64,000 bases of DNA, taken from a bacterium. Lineage in GTDB: Bacteria > Bacteroidota > Bacteroidia > Bacteroidales > UBA1402. The stretch is taken from positions 21,620-85,619 of the forward strand of contig CAVEPA010000002.1 in assembly GCA_963617485.1 (NCBI GenBank), in the 5' to 3' direction. Every line of letters begins with the position of its first letter. The stretch's first letter is position 1. This document shows positions 48,889 through 58,182 of the stretch, piece by piece. Made by a program: the position numbers and the translations under genes. Below the pieces are notes generated by a model. That model searched no databases and was not told the DNA's origin. It saw only the letters and a list, made by a program, of their open reading frames with translations.

Positions 48889-50153
48889 TTCCGAGTCCTC
48901 CTTCCCAAACTGAATTCATAGAAGAAACCTATCGCGAGGTTGTCGAGTCCCATGTAGACTTCTTTTTGCGTATCTACATAAGGGCCGTTCTCCTCGTTCA
49001 CGAAGCGATCGTATTCGAAGTTGTAGGCACCGGCACCGATGACAAATTCCACGCCCAGGCGCGGATAGTCGGGAAAATGGAGCTTGTAGCCCAGGCTCAG
49101 GCCACCGCCAAGCATCGGAGTCTCGCCGGCATGGTCTTGGATGCGGTAATTGCCGTTGGCTGCCAAATTGAAGTAGCATATACTGCCGTGTACTCCTACA
49201 AACAGTCCCTGGGGCCAGGCGAAATTCCACCTAAGCTCGGGCTGCAAGGTTAAAGTCCTGAATTTTATGGTGCTGCTGAAATAGTCGAATGCGCTGAAAT
49301 AGACCGGGACATGCAAGGAGAGCCTGCGCGAGAAGTCAATCTCTACACCAGCGTTCGCAATCAAAATGCCCCAAAGCAAGGCATTGGTTTTGGGAGTCAG
49401 CTTGGGTCGCCAAGCCTCGGGCCAGTTGGCGGCCGGTTCGGTGCGGCGGCCGGCAGCTTCCAAGATATCGGCAGTGGACTGCTTCACGGAGGGCTCCACC
49501 AGAGCTTGCACGTCAAGTTCCGACTTCAGGGAATCCGTTTCATTCACGCTGACAATGGCCTTGAAAGTACGCATGCCCGGGAAAACCTTTTTGGCAAGAG
49601 TATTCCATATCTGGCCGCCGTTCAAGGTTTTGAGCGCATGGAGTTTTTGCTTGTCATTATAAACGGAATCGTTGAGGATGGACATGATGGCCGCCTTTTC
49701 CTGAGCATCGATGGCCATCGACTTTTCTACCATCTCAGGAAGACCGGTCATAGGCGCAATACTGACGAAAGCCGACCCCAGATTCGATATATTAAAATAG
49801 ACAGCATCGAGCCCTGCTGCCGCCAAAGCCTCAATAGCATGCTGAAGTCTTTCGGCACGAAGCTTTTCATTGAACGAAACCGAGCCTTCGGGACATGCCG
49901 ATGCGCTGAAGTAAACTTTCACCTTACCAGCCGTCAGGGTGTCGGCCAAGTGGTTGGCCTGCTCGACAAAACGGGCCACTGTTTCTCCATTGGAATGGTA
50001 AGCTGGCTCATATTTCGATGACCCGAAACGATAATGAATATCTATCGAAGAGCTCGATTGTGCATAAGTCTCGATTCCATACCATCCAACGCACAATATG
50101 CCTATTATCAGCAATGTGCGTAATATGCAAAAGGATGTTCGCGGTTTAGGCAT
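48885..50153 (-). CDS. Outer-membrane protein, DUF3868-like N-terminal half plus DUF3575-like beta-barrel C-terminal half (tentative)
   Basis: ATG 50153 gives a signal peptide (...GIETYAQ); the track start at 50204 is a TTG. The C-terminal half has alternating hydrophobic strands (LLWGILIANAGVEIDFS...LSLHVPVYFSAFDYF...LGYKLHF...IGFFYEFSL). Confidence 0.45.
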   Translation of the reverse strand: MPKPRTSFCILRTLLIIGILCVGWYGIETYAQSSSSIDIHYRFGSSKYEPAYHSNGETVARFVEQANHLADTLTAGKVKVYFSASACPEGSVSFNEKLRAERLQHAIEALAAAGLDAVYFNISNLGSAFVSIAPMTGLPEMVEKSMAIDAQEKAAIMSILNDSVYNDKQKLHALKTLNGGQIWNTLAKKVFPGMRTFKAIVSVNETDSLKSELDVQALVEPSVKQSTADILEAAGRRTEPAANWPEAWRPKLTPKTNALLWGILIANAGVEIDFSRRLSLHVPVYFSAFDYFSSTIKFRTLTLQPELRWNFAWPQGLFVGVHGSICYFNLAANGNYRIQDHAGETPMLGGGLSLGYKLHFPDYPRLGVEFVIGAGAYNFEYDRFVNEENGPYVDTQKEVYMGLDNLAIGFFYEFSLGRRTRK

Positions 50154-50344
50154 AGTGGTTCTCGGTTTAACAATTTGCTTGTTGTGGTAATATTGGGTTC
50201 GCAAATTTCATAACAGGGAGTTACAATTTACCGCAAGTTTTTACTAATAACCTGTTACAAAAGCGTATCATAACCTTAACAATGAGCAGACCAAAAGCCG
50301 TTGAAGAATCAGGGGGAATTATTTCAAAACAGCTTGTAAATATG

Positions 50345-50352
50345 TACCTTTG
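50345..50352 (+). promoter_or_regulatory. Candidate -7 promoter box (TAccTTTG) for the OmpA-family gene
   Basis: TAnnTTTG 21 nt upstream of ATG 50374. Confidence 0.45.
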
Positions 50353-50373
50353 CGGCTTGAAAAAAAGGGCTTT

Positions 50374-50997
50374 ATGCGCAAGCTTGGTCTTCTTATCGCT
50401 ACAGGGTTCGTGTTGCTTGCTTCCTCTTTCGACACGGACGACATTCTGCACCATACGGCAGCCGAATATATCGTGCTTTCGAGTGTGGGCGGCGAAGGAG
50501 CATCGGCACTGGACCAGGCCGTCGGACAAGCTGTGAAAGAGCAGATGAAGCCCTTGGAAACCGCCCTGCGCGAGCTATGGCAAGATATCGCCACCATCCG
50601 TCAACCAGACGAAGGCGTGCTGATGGTCATCCCCGGCGATTTCCTTTTCAAAAGCGGACGCAGCGAACTTAGAGATGCAAGTCTGCCCTATTTGCAGGCA
50701 ACGAAGGAATTGTTGGCGCAATATCCGCAATTCCGCACCTATATACTGGTGCATACCGACGACAATGGTTCGGATTTCATGTCGATGGATTTGTCGGAGC
50801 ATCGGGCGAAGGTCTTGAAAAAGTGTCTGCAGCAAGACACTTCGGTAAAGATTTCCGGCAAGGGCAAAGGCGCACTGGTGCCGGTTATCTCCAACGCTTC
50901 GGACGCTGGCCGGCAGCTGAACCGCCGCGTGGAATTTGCCATTGTGGCCAAAGGAAAGCTGATTAGAGATTTGAAACGGCAAATCAAACAACAATAA
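50374..50997 (+). CDS. OmpA/MotB C-terminal-domain protein
   Basis: ATG 50374 gives the signal MRKLGLLIATGFVLLASSF. OmpA_C pattern FKSGRSELRD...ILVHTDDNGS...NRRVEFAIV. Confidence 0.75.
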   Translation: MRKLGLLIATGFVLLASSFDTDDILHHTAAEYIVLSSVGGEGASALDQAVGQAVKEQMKPLETALRELWQDIATIRQPDEGVLMVIPGDFLFKSGRSELRDASLPYLQATKELLAQYPQFRTYILVHTDDNGSDFMSMDLSEHRAKVLKKCLQQDTSVKISGKGKGALVPVISNASDAGRQLNRRVEFAIVAKGKLIRDLKRQIKQQ

Positions 50998-51012
50998 TAA
51001 AATACAAGCACT

Positions 51013-52536
51013 ATGAACAAGAAAGCCATGCTGATGATTCTCGACGGTTGGGGCATCGGCAAACACGGAAAAGCAGATGTTATCTACAACACGCCCACTC
51101 CTTATTGGGACAGTCTTTTGGCTCAGTATCCTCACTCGCAATTGCAGGCTTCGGGCGAAAACGTAGGTCTGCCCGACGGACAGATGGGCAACTCTGAAGT
51201 AGGCCACCTGAACATCGGCGCCGGCCGCGTGGTTTATCAGGATTTGGTCAAAATTAACATTGCCTGCCGCGACAACAGCATTTTGGAGAATCCGCAGATA
51301 AAGTCGGCCTACAGCTACGCCAAAGAAACGGGCAAGCAGATTCATTTCCTCGGTTTGGTTTCCAACGGCGGTGTGCACAGCTCGCTCGACCATCTGTTCA
51401 AACTTACCGAGATTTCCAAACTTTACGGCATTGAAAAGTCTTACGTTCACTGCTTTATGGACGGCCGCGACACCGACCCGCATAGCGGCGTGGGCTTTAT
51501 CGAGGATTTGGAGAAACATCTGGCCGTGAACGGCGGTGCCATCGCTTCCATTGTGGGACGCTACTACGCCATGGACCGCGACAAACGCTGGGAACGCATC
51601 AAAGAGGCTTACGACCTGCTCGTGAACGGCGTGGGCAAGGCTTCGACCGATATGGTACAGGCTGTGAAGGAATCGTACAACGAGGGTGTTACCGACGAGT
51701 TCATCAAGCCAATCTGCCATGTTGATGCCCAAGGCAAGCCTATTGCCACCATTCAGGAGGGCGACGTGGTTATCTTTATCAACTTCCGCAACGACCGCGC
51801 CAAGGAACTTACCATCGTCCTGACCCAACAGGATATGCCCCAGGCCGGTATGCACACCATTCCCTTGCAGTATTATTGCATGACACCTTATGATGCCACT
51901 TTCAAGGGTCTGCACATTCTTTTCGACAAAGACAACGTATCGAACACGTTGGGCGAAATTGTCGCTGCCAACGGCCTGCGCCAGCTGCGTATAGCCGAAA
52001 CGGAGAAATATGCCCACGTTACTTTCTTCTTCTCGGGCGGCCGTGAAAAGGAATTCGAGAATGAAGACCGCATCCTGATTCCTTCGCCCAAGGTTGCCAC
52101 CTACGACCTGAAACCCGAAATGAGTGTCTACGAAGTGGGCGATGCCTTGAAGCAGGCCATCGAAACCCAAAAATACGACTTCATCGCCGTGAACTATGCC
52201 AATGGCGATATGGTGGGCCACACGGGCGTTTACGAAGCCATCGAAAAGGCCGTCATCGCTGTGGATGCCAACGTGAAGAAAGTGGTGGAAGCTGCCAAGG
52301 CCAACGGCTACGAAGTGATTATCATCGCCGACCACGGCAATGCCGACAACGCCATCAACTCAGACGGTACGCCCAACACGGCCCACTCGCTCAATCCGGT
52401 GCCCTTCGTTTACGTTACCGACAACAAGAACGCCAAGGTGGAAGACGGTATACTGGCCGATGTCGCTCCTTCTATCTGCCACATTCTCGGCATTGCCCAG
52501 CCGGCCGAAATGACGGGTCATTGCCTTATCAAATAA
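51013..52536 (+). CDS. gpmI: 2,3-bisphosphoglycerate-independent phosphoglycerate mutase
   Basis: MILDGWGIG, catalytic-Ser region [23 protein letters not shown]; 507 aa. Confidence 0.95.
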   Translation: MNKKAMLMILDGWGIGKHGKADVIYNTPTPYWDSLLAQYPHSQLQASGENVGLPDGQMGNSEVGHLNIGAGRVVYQDLVKINIACRDNSILENPQIKSAYSYAKETGKQIHFLGLVSNGGVHSSLDHLFKLTEISKLYGIEKSYVHCFMDGRDTDPHSGVGFIEDLEKHLAVNGGAIASIVGRYYAMDRDKRWERIKEAYDLLVNGVGKASTDMVQAVKESYNEGVTDEFIKPICHVDAQGKPIATIQEGDVVIFINFRNDRAKELTIVLTQQDMPQAGMHTIPLQYYCMTPYDATFKGLHILFDKDNVSNTLGEIVAANGLRQLRIAETEKYAHVTFFFSGGREKEFENEDRILIPSPKVATYDLKPEMSVYEVGDALKQAIETQKYDFIAVNYANGDMVGHTGVYEAIEKAVIAVDANVKKVVEAAKANGYEVIIIADHGNADNAINSDGTPNTAHSLNPVPFVYVTDNKNAKVEDGILADVAPSICHILGIAQPAEMTGHCLIK

Positions 52537-52552
52537 GGATTTTTACAAGCGC

Positions 52553-53152
52553 ATGATTGAAATCGACAATACCATCGTCAGCCTTGATGTCTTCGAGAAG
52601 AAGTTCTGCTGCGACCTGGGCAAGTGCAAAGGCATTTGCTGCGTCGAGGGCGAAAGCGGAGCTCCCCTGCTCAAAGAGGAAATAGCCGAACTGGAAAAGG
52701 CCTTGCCTGCCGTCTGGGACGACCTGTCGTTGAAGGCCCGCGCGCTCATCAACCGACAGGGTGTTTCCTACAAGGACATCGATGGCGAAGACGTTACTTC
52801 CATTGTCGATGGCCAAGATTGCGTCTTTACTTGTTACGACGAGAAAGGCACTTGCTATTGTGCCATAGAAAAAGCTTGGAGGGCAGGAAAGATTTCGTTT
52901 ATGAAACCTCTTTCCTGCCATCTCTATCCCATACGTCTGCAACCGCTCTCGGGCGGACGTTACGGCTTGAATTACCACCGCTGGCCCGTCTGCAAGGATG
53001 CCTGGGTTTGCGGCGAGAAACTGGGCCTGCCCGTGTACCGTTTTCTGAAAGAGCCGCTCATCCGCGCTTTCGGCCAAGAATGGTACGACAAACTGCTGGC
53101 AGCAGCCAAATGGTTAGAAGAGAATTCTGAACGTATACATGGGCGAGAATAG
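52553..53152 (+). CDS. DUF3109-family Cys-rich protein
   Basis: N-terminal KKFCCDLGKCKGICCVEGESGAPL matches my recollection of DUF3109; 199 aa. Confidence 0.6.
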   Translation: MIEIDNTIVSLDVFEKKFCCDLGKCKGICCVEGESGAPLLKEEIAELEKALPAVWDDLSLKARALINRQGVSYKDIDGEDVTSIVDGQDCVFTCYDEKGTCYCAIEKAWRAGKISFMKPLSCHLYPIRLQPLSGGRYGLNYHRWPVCKDAWVCGEKLGLPVYRFLKEPLIRAFGQEWYDKLLAAAKWLEENSERIHGRE

Positions 53153-55102
53153 CGTCTGGTAATAATACGTATAAAGTCGGCTTTCGCTGTTGTACACTTC
53201 GTAGAGCAGGTTCTTGTGGTTGGTCCAGTTCTGGAAATCTATGGCGAATTCGTAGAACCAGCTGCCGGGCTTAAACTGGTAGAAGAGTCTTAGATCGCTG
53301 CGAAAATAGGGCGGATACACTGCCGAATATGCCTCTCCGCCCAGCGGTGTTGTCGGCCTGCCGCCGCTGGTTGTCGCTTTCAGGTCGATACCGAATAAGC
53401 TACGCTTTGATAGCTGCCACTGATAACCGCCCACCAAATTCAAAATATAACGCACATCGTAAGCCGAACTGCGCCAAATGCCGTCGCTGCCCGTGTAGAG
53501 GGAACGGAACAGATTCACATTCAACATAGCGTACCAGTTGTTGTGCAGGAATTTTTCCAAGCTGGTTTCGATGCCGTAGTTTCTGGCCAAGCCTCCATTG
53601 CAGAGCGGGGCCTTTAAAGGGATATAGAAATCGCTGCCAAGGTTGTGCACCGAGAAGCTCGACAATGTGTCGCTTTGCACGGCCAGGTCTTGCAGGGCTT
53701 GGTAGTAGGCATCGGCCTTCAGTCGCCAGTGCGGGGTCAGCTGCCAGTCGTAGCTGAGGCAATAGTGGTCTGCACGGGCAAAATCCAATCCGGCATTGGC
53801 TGCGTCTTGGTAAAGATACAAGGTGTGTACTTGCGTCTGATGATGTCTTCCGTAGGCCAGCGCCAGCCTGTGCCTGTCGTTGATGCGCCATTGCAGTGCC
53901 GCGCGGGGTTCCCACTTGCCGTGACGGTGATTTTCCAGATGCTTGCCTTGCCAGCGCAGGCCCAAGCTTGCTTTCCAGGTATCGGAGAAGCGATATTCAC
54001 CCTGGGCGTAGGCATGCCCCAGCCATAGCCACGCCCGACGGGAGAAGAAGCGAAGGTCGTAGGCGTCGGCACCGGCGCCGGCCTGCAACAGCAGGCGGGC
54101 GCCGGGCCGACCCTCCCACTTGCCCGCCAGCGTGTAGCGCGTCTCCAGATTGTTCTCATCGTAGAGCCTTGCAGCCTCTTGTGACAAGGAAGAATGGCAA
54201 TGGCTGCGATTGATGTAGGCTCGCAGGCTCAGCTTTTGGCCGGCCTGGTCGTCGTAGTGCAGCCCCATACCCGCAAAATGGGTGGACGAACCCGTACGCA
54301 ACTGCGTTCCGTTCTGCATTGTTTCCAAAAGGCTGGTGCCCCAAAGGGCCAATGCGTCCAGCTTCCAGAGCTGCGAGAGTGGCTGTTGCAGTTTCAAGGT
54401 AAAGTCTTGGTATTTGGGATTGAGGCCGCGATTCAGTCCCAGTTTCTCCATTACGTCCAAGAAAGAATATCGGTAAGACATCTGAAACGTGCCGCGACCA
54501 ATGCCGCTACCCTGAGCCGGTGCGATGGGGCCTTCCCCGCCGAGTTCGAAACCGTTCCAGCCCGTCTGGAAACGGAAGCGGTAATCATCGCCCACCTGTC
54601 GCAAGTGCAAGTCGAACACGCCCGACAGGGCGTTGCCGTACTCGGCGGGGAAGGCCCCCGTCAAGAAGTCGGAGTTGTCGATAAGGTTGGTGTTCAGCAA
54701 AGAAACACTGCTGCCCGTCAGCCCGATACTGCCGTAATGGTTGGGGTTGGCTATTTCGTATCCGTCGATGCGCCAAAGCAGCTGGCTGGGCGAATTACCC
54801 CTGATGCTGATATCGTTGCGGCTGTCATCGGGACAGGCCACGCCGGCGTAGCTGCGCACCATTCGGCCCACATCGCCCAAGGCTCCGGCATAACGATAGG
54901 CATCTTCGGTAGAAAAACTGCGGCCGCTGCTGTACACCAGCCGATTGATAGGACGTTCTTTCTGAAAAGGAGCCACTACACCGATACTGGCTAAAGTATC
55001 ACCCTGTATTTCACAACTGTCGCCGCGGGCAGCGGCCGACAGGCAAACTGGGAACATCATCATAGTGGCAACAAGGCACAAGGCCCGGTGTCTTTTTTTC
55101 AT
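53114..55102 (-). CDS. TonB-dependent receptor-like outer-membrane protein
   Basis: ATG 55102 gives the signal MKKRHRALCLVATMMMFPVCLSAAA. Plug-like DISIRGNSPSQLLWRIDGYEI, beta-strand-rich remainder, terminal ...YTFRILF. Confidence 0.7.
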   Translation of the reverse strand: MKKRHRALCLVATMMMFPVCLSAAARGDSCEIQGDTLASIGVVAPFQKERPINRLVYSSGRSFSTEDAYRYAGALGDVGRMVRSYAGVACPDDSRNDISIRGNSPSQLLWRIDGYEIANPNHYGSIGLTGSSVSLLNTNLIDNSDFLTGAFPAEYGNALSGVFDLHLRQVGDDYRFRFQTGWNGFELGGEGPIAPAQGSGIGRGTFQMSYRYSFLDVMEKLGLNRGLNPKYQDFTLKLQQPLSQLWKLDALALWGTSLLETMQNGTQLRTGSSTHFAGMGLHYDDQAGQKLSLRAYINRSHCHSSLSQEAARLYDENNLETRYTLAGKWEGRPGARLLLQAGAGADAYDLRFFSRRAWLWLGHAYAQGEYRFSDTWKASLGLRWQGKHLENHRHGKWEPRAALQWRINDRHRLALAYGRHHQTQVHTLYLYQDAANAGLDFARADHYCLSYDWQLTPHWRLKADAYYQALQDLAVQSDTLSSFSVHNLGSDFYIPLKAPLCNGGLARNYGIETSLEKFLHNNWYAMLNVNLFRSLYTGSDGIWRSSAYDVRYILNLVGGYQWQLSKRSLFGIDLKATTSGGRPTTPLGGEAYSAVYPPYFRSDLRLFYQFKPGSWFYEFAIDFQNWTNHKNLLYEVYNSESRLYTYYYQTLFSPMYTFRILF

Positions 55103-55123
55103 AGCAATACGTTTTTTTCGGCG

Positions 55124-55131
55124 CAAATATA
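55124..55131 (-). promoter_or_regulatory. Candidate -7 promoter box (TAtaTTTG) for the TonB-dependent receptor gene
   Basis: TAnnTTTG on the minus strand, 21 nt upstream of ATG 55102. Confidence 0.45.
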
Positions 55132-55251
55132 GAAGGATGCCCAATAACATCCAAATCAATTAACATTAAATTTATATTCCGAGATATCGCTTTTATTTCT
55201 ACTTTAGCCCTCGACATTCAACAGAAGCTTTCAAGCCTCTCACATTGCATT

Positions 55252-56136
55252 ATGCCCGAACTGGAACTGCTAGTCTGCACCTACGGTCTGCAAGGACTCG
55301 AACGCCTGGCCCGCACGCAAAGGCCCCGTCTGAACGGGGTCACCTACCTTGTCTCCTGCCAACTGCCAGCACAAGACCAACTGCCGGCGGATATCCTTGC
55401 TGTTGCCAGCCCCGAGTTGCAAGCTTTTCTGCAACGTCCTGACGTAAGCCTTCACATTATCCACAGCCGGGGCCTCAGCAAGAACCGCAACAACGCTCTG
55501 CGCCTGGCCACAGCCCCGCTCGCCCTTATCAGCGACGATGATGTTGACTATACCGCTGAAGGGCTGCAAGCGGTCATCCGGGCCTTCCGCAACCACCCTC
55601 AGGCCGATGTCATCAGTTTTCAGTTTCGCTGCGAAGGACCAGGCAAGGCCTACCCTACCCGGCCCTTCAACCATCGCTGTCCCGCCAAAGGATTTTACAT
55701 CACCTCCATCGAAATGGCCTTCCGTCGGGAAAGAGTGCAGGGCCGCCTGCGCTTCAACGAGCATTTCGGCCTAGGCTCGGAGCATTTTCCCATGGGCGAA
55801 GAAGCCGTGCTGCTCCACGATATGCTCAAAGCCGGACTGGAGTGCATCTATCAACCCTACGTTATCTGTAGCCATCCCGGGCAAAGCACCGGTCCAAGGG
55901 AATTGGCCCAGGCCTCCCACCTTCAAGCCAAAGGAGCCGTGCTGCGTTATCTGCATCCGCACACCTACGCGCTGCGACTGTTCAAGGAAGCGCTGATGAA
56001 CGGCATCAAAAAAAGGGTGCCAGCAAGGTTCTTCCTTGCCAACACCCTTAAAGGAGCGTCACTGGCCCGCCGGCTCAGTGTTTTCGATGACCCTTCTTGC
56101 GGTTCTTCTTCCGGCTCTTGGCAATCAACGGAATAG
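55252..56136 (+). CDS. GT-A fold (family 2-like) glycosyltransferase
   Basis: N-terminal ELLVCTYG, DxD-like LISDDDVDY; 294 aa. The last 62 nt overlap the convergent potD-like gene. Confidence 0.6.
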   Translation: MPELELLVCTYGLQGLERLARTQRPRLNGVTYLVSCQLPAQDQLPADILAVASPELQAFLQRPDVSLHIIHSRGLSKNRNNALRLATAPLALISDDDVDYTAEGLQAVIRAFRNHPQADVISFQFRCEGPGKAYPTRPFNHRCPAKGFYITSIEMAFRRERVQGRLRFNEHFGLGSEHFPMGEEAVLLHDMLKAGLECIYQPYVICSHPGQSTGPRELAQASHLQAKGAVLRYLHPHTYALRLFKEALMNGIKKRVPARFFLANTLKGASLARRLSVFDDPSCGSSSGSWQSTE

Positions 56137-57382
56137 CAATCATTGCCACTACCAGCACACCAATCAGCACATAGGTACGTCCGCTGGCATTGTCGCCACG
56201 CACACGCGACCACATTTCGATAAGCAGCGGGGTGTCATTGCCCCAGTCGTGCATAATGGTGCAGCGGGCAATCTCGGCCGAGTCGGGATAGAACATGTGG
56301 TTCAATTTGGCATGATTGGCCGTGCCGGGGCCGAAGAAGTACGATGCGTTCACCGTATAGTCGAGGCTGTTGTCGGTCATGGCTTCCAGAATTTCAGGCG
56401 AAGCCAGAGCAGAAACATAGCCGGTAACGTCCATGTTGCGGATGGCAATGTCGGGGCGGCAGAGGAAGTTGATAAAATAAGCGGCAGCCTTCACGTTCTT
56501 GGCATATTTGGGGATAACCCAACCATCGAACCAGACATTGGAACCTTCGTGGGGAATGCGGTAGCGCAAGTCAACGCCCAGGGCTTGAGCCTCATCGTAA
56601 GCCCATTTGGCATCGCCGCTCCACGACAGGTTCAGGTAACCTTTTTCCTGCGTCATCTGTTCCTTGCCGAAGTCGGCTTCCCAACCGGAAACGCCCGTAG
56701 CTACCTGACGGAGGAAGTCCTCTACCTGAGCCATATATTCGGCATTGTAGCTGTACATGATGGAATCCTTGTTGAGCCGTCCGGCATTGATTTCATCGTA
56801 TTTGAGGTAAAGCAGCAAAGTGGTGTAGACATCGCGGCAAGCATCCTTGACAAAGAGCTTGTCCTTGAATTTTTCGTTCACCAGCACATCCCAAGAGGAA
56901 GCCTCTTCATCGCTCACGTATTTGGCATTGTAGAGCAGACCCGTGGTTCCCCACATATACGGCACGGCATATTCGAAAGCATCCTTGCCACCGGCATTCA
57001 CCTTCTTGAAGTTCTCGGTGATGAAGGGCGACATATTGGCATCGATATAGTTGGGAGTGTTGCCGAAATCGCGCGAAATAGGCAGAAGCAGGTCTTGGGC
57101 AATCATCCTTTCGATGATATACTCCGAAGGGCAGACAACATCGTAATCTTCCTGGCCTTTTTCAATGCGCGACAACATGGTCTCGTTGATATCAAAGGTC
57201 TGATAGATGACTTCCACCCGTTCGCCGGTTTGTTCATAATACCAGGTCTCGAATTCGTCCAGCGCCGTTTCATCGATGTAATCGGCCCAGTTGTACACTT
57301 TCAGCACAGTGCTGCGGTCGCCACAGGCGGCAAAGGCAAGTATACTCACCGCCAAAAGGAGTCCCCTAAAGATTCTTTTCAT
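56075..57382 (-). CDS. potD: Spermidine/putrescine ABC transporter substrate-binding lipoprotein (PotD-like) with a C-terminal hydrophobic/basic tail
   Basis: Lipobox signal ...SILAFAAC, VYNWADYIDE as in PotD/PotF proteins, operon position. The C-terminus reads YVLIGVLVVAMIAIPLIAKSRKKNRKKGHRKH. Confidence 0.75.
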   Translation of the reverse strand: MKRIFRGLLLAVSILAFAACGDRSTVLKVYNWADYIDETALDEFETWYYEQTGERVEVIYQTFDINETMLSRIEKGQEDYDVVCPSEYIIERMIAQDLLLPISRDFGNTPNYIDANMSPFITENFKKVNAGGKDAFEYAVPYMWGTTGLLYNAKYVSDEEASSWDVLVNEKFKDKLFVKDACRDVYTTLLLYLKYDEINAGRLNKDSIMYSYNAEYMAQVEDFLRQVATGVSGWEADFGKEQMTQEKGYLNLSWSGDAKWAYDEAQALGVDLRYRIPHEGSNVWFDGWVIPKYAKNVKAAAYFINFLCRPDIAIRNMDVTGYVSALASPEILEAMTDNSLDYTVNASYFFGPGTANHAKLNHMFYPDSAEIARCTIMHDWGNDTPLLIEMWSRVRGDNASGRTYVLIGVLVVAMIAIPLIAKSRKKNRKKGHRKH

Positions 57383-58182
57383 TTCTGTTTGTTTTTAGAT
57401 TGTTTACTAGAACGGATATTAGCTACAATTAAAAGGGTTAATATGGTGATGAAAACAATAGACATCAACGGACGAAGTTCGGGCGTAAGACCGCCTTTGC
57501 GCGCATCGTTGTAGATAAAAGTGGAGAGCGTTTCCAGCCCCTTGTTGCCCTTGGTGAACACGGTCACCACGAAGTCGTCGATAGACATGGCAAAAGACAG
57601 GATAAAGCCCGTGAACATAGCCCCGCGCAGCTGCGGGATGATAACTTTGCGCATGGCTTGCATGGGCGTGGCTCCCAAGTCGAGAGCAGCCTCGTAGATA
57701 TTGGGATTGAGTTGCATCAGACGCGGCATCACATTAAGCACCACAAAAGGCGTGCAGAAAGTGATATGCGCCAGCACCACCGTGGTATATCCCTGCGAAA
57801 TGCCCAGCGAAACGAAAAGCAGAAACAGCGACACACCGGTAATGATATCGGGATTGAGCATCGGAACGCTGTTCAGAAAGCTGATGGCTTTGCGCTTGCG
57901 CCCACGCAGACTGTTGATGCCTATGGCCGAGAAAGTGCCCAAGATGGTGGCCACCAGTGCCGAAATGGTAGCAATGATGAGCGTGTTCTTCAAAGCGGCG
58001 CTGAGCGAATGAGAATTGGCCATGCCACCCGTAAACAGAGATTCGTAGAGTTTGGTGGAAAAGCCCGTCCAGTTGCCCAGGGCGCGCGCCTCGGTAAAGG
58101 AGAACACCACAATGATGACCAGCGGTGCATAGAGCATCACCAGCAGGATGTAGATATAGCTTTGGGCCAGAAATTTTTTCAT
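57379..58182 (-). CDS. potC: Spermidine/putrescine ABC transporter permease (PotC-like)
   Basis: Six hydrophobic helices, a binding-protein-dependent permease loop (EAALDLGATPMQAMRKVIIP), 4-nt overlaps with both neighbours. Confidence 0.8.
   Translation of the reverse strand: MKKFLAQSYIYILLVMLYAPLVIIVVFSFTEARALGNWTGFSTKLYESLFTGGMANSHSLSAALKNTLIIATISALVATILGTFSAIGINSLRGRKRKAISFLNSVPMLNPDIITGVSLFLLFVSLGISQGYTTVVLAHITFCTPFVVLNVMPRLMQLNPNIYEAALDLGATPMQAMRKVIIPQLRGAMFTGFILSFAMSIDDFVVTVFTKGNKGLETLSTFIYNDARKGGLTPELRPLMSIVFITILTLLIVANIRSSKQSKNKQK

Noticed and set aside
50211-50257. Inverted repeat taacagg / cctgtta upstream of the pilus operon, a possible invertible promoter
   Set aside because: The repeat is only 7 bp with a 33-nt spacer, and no site-specific recombinase lies nearby. 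That is far weaker than known Bacteroides invertons.
50575-52335. 586-aa minus-strand ORF
   Set aside because: It is antisense to gpmI, whose identity is clear, and has no motifs of its own. The same applies to 5186..6373, 33324..34943, 56036..57514 and 58989..60233, which lie opposite the antiporter, infB, potD and potA.
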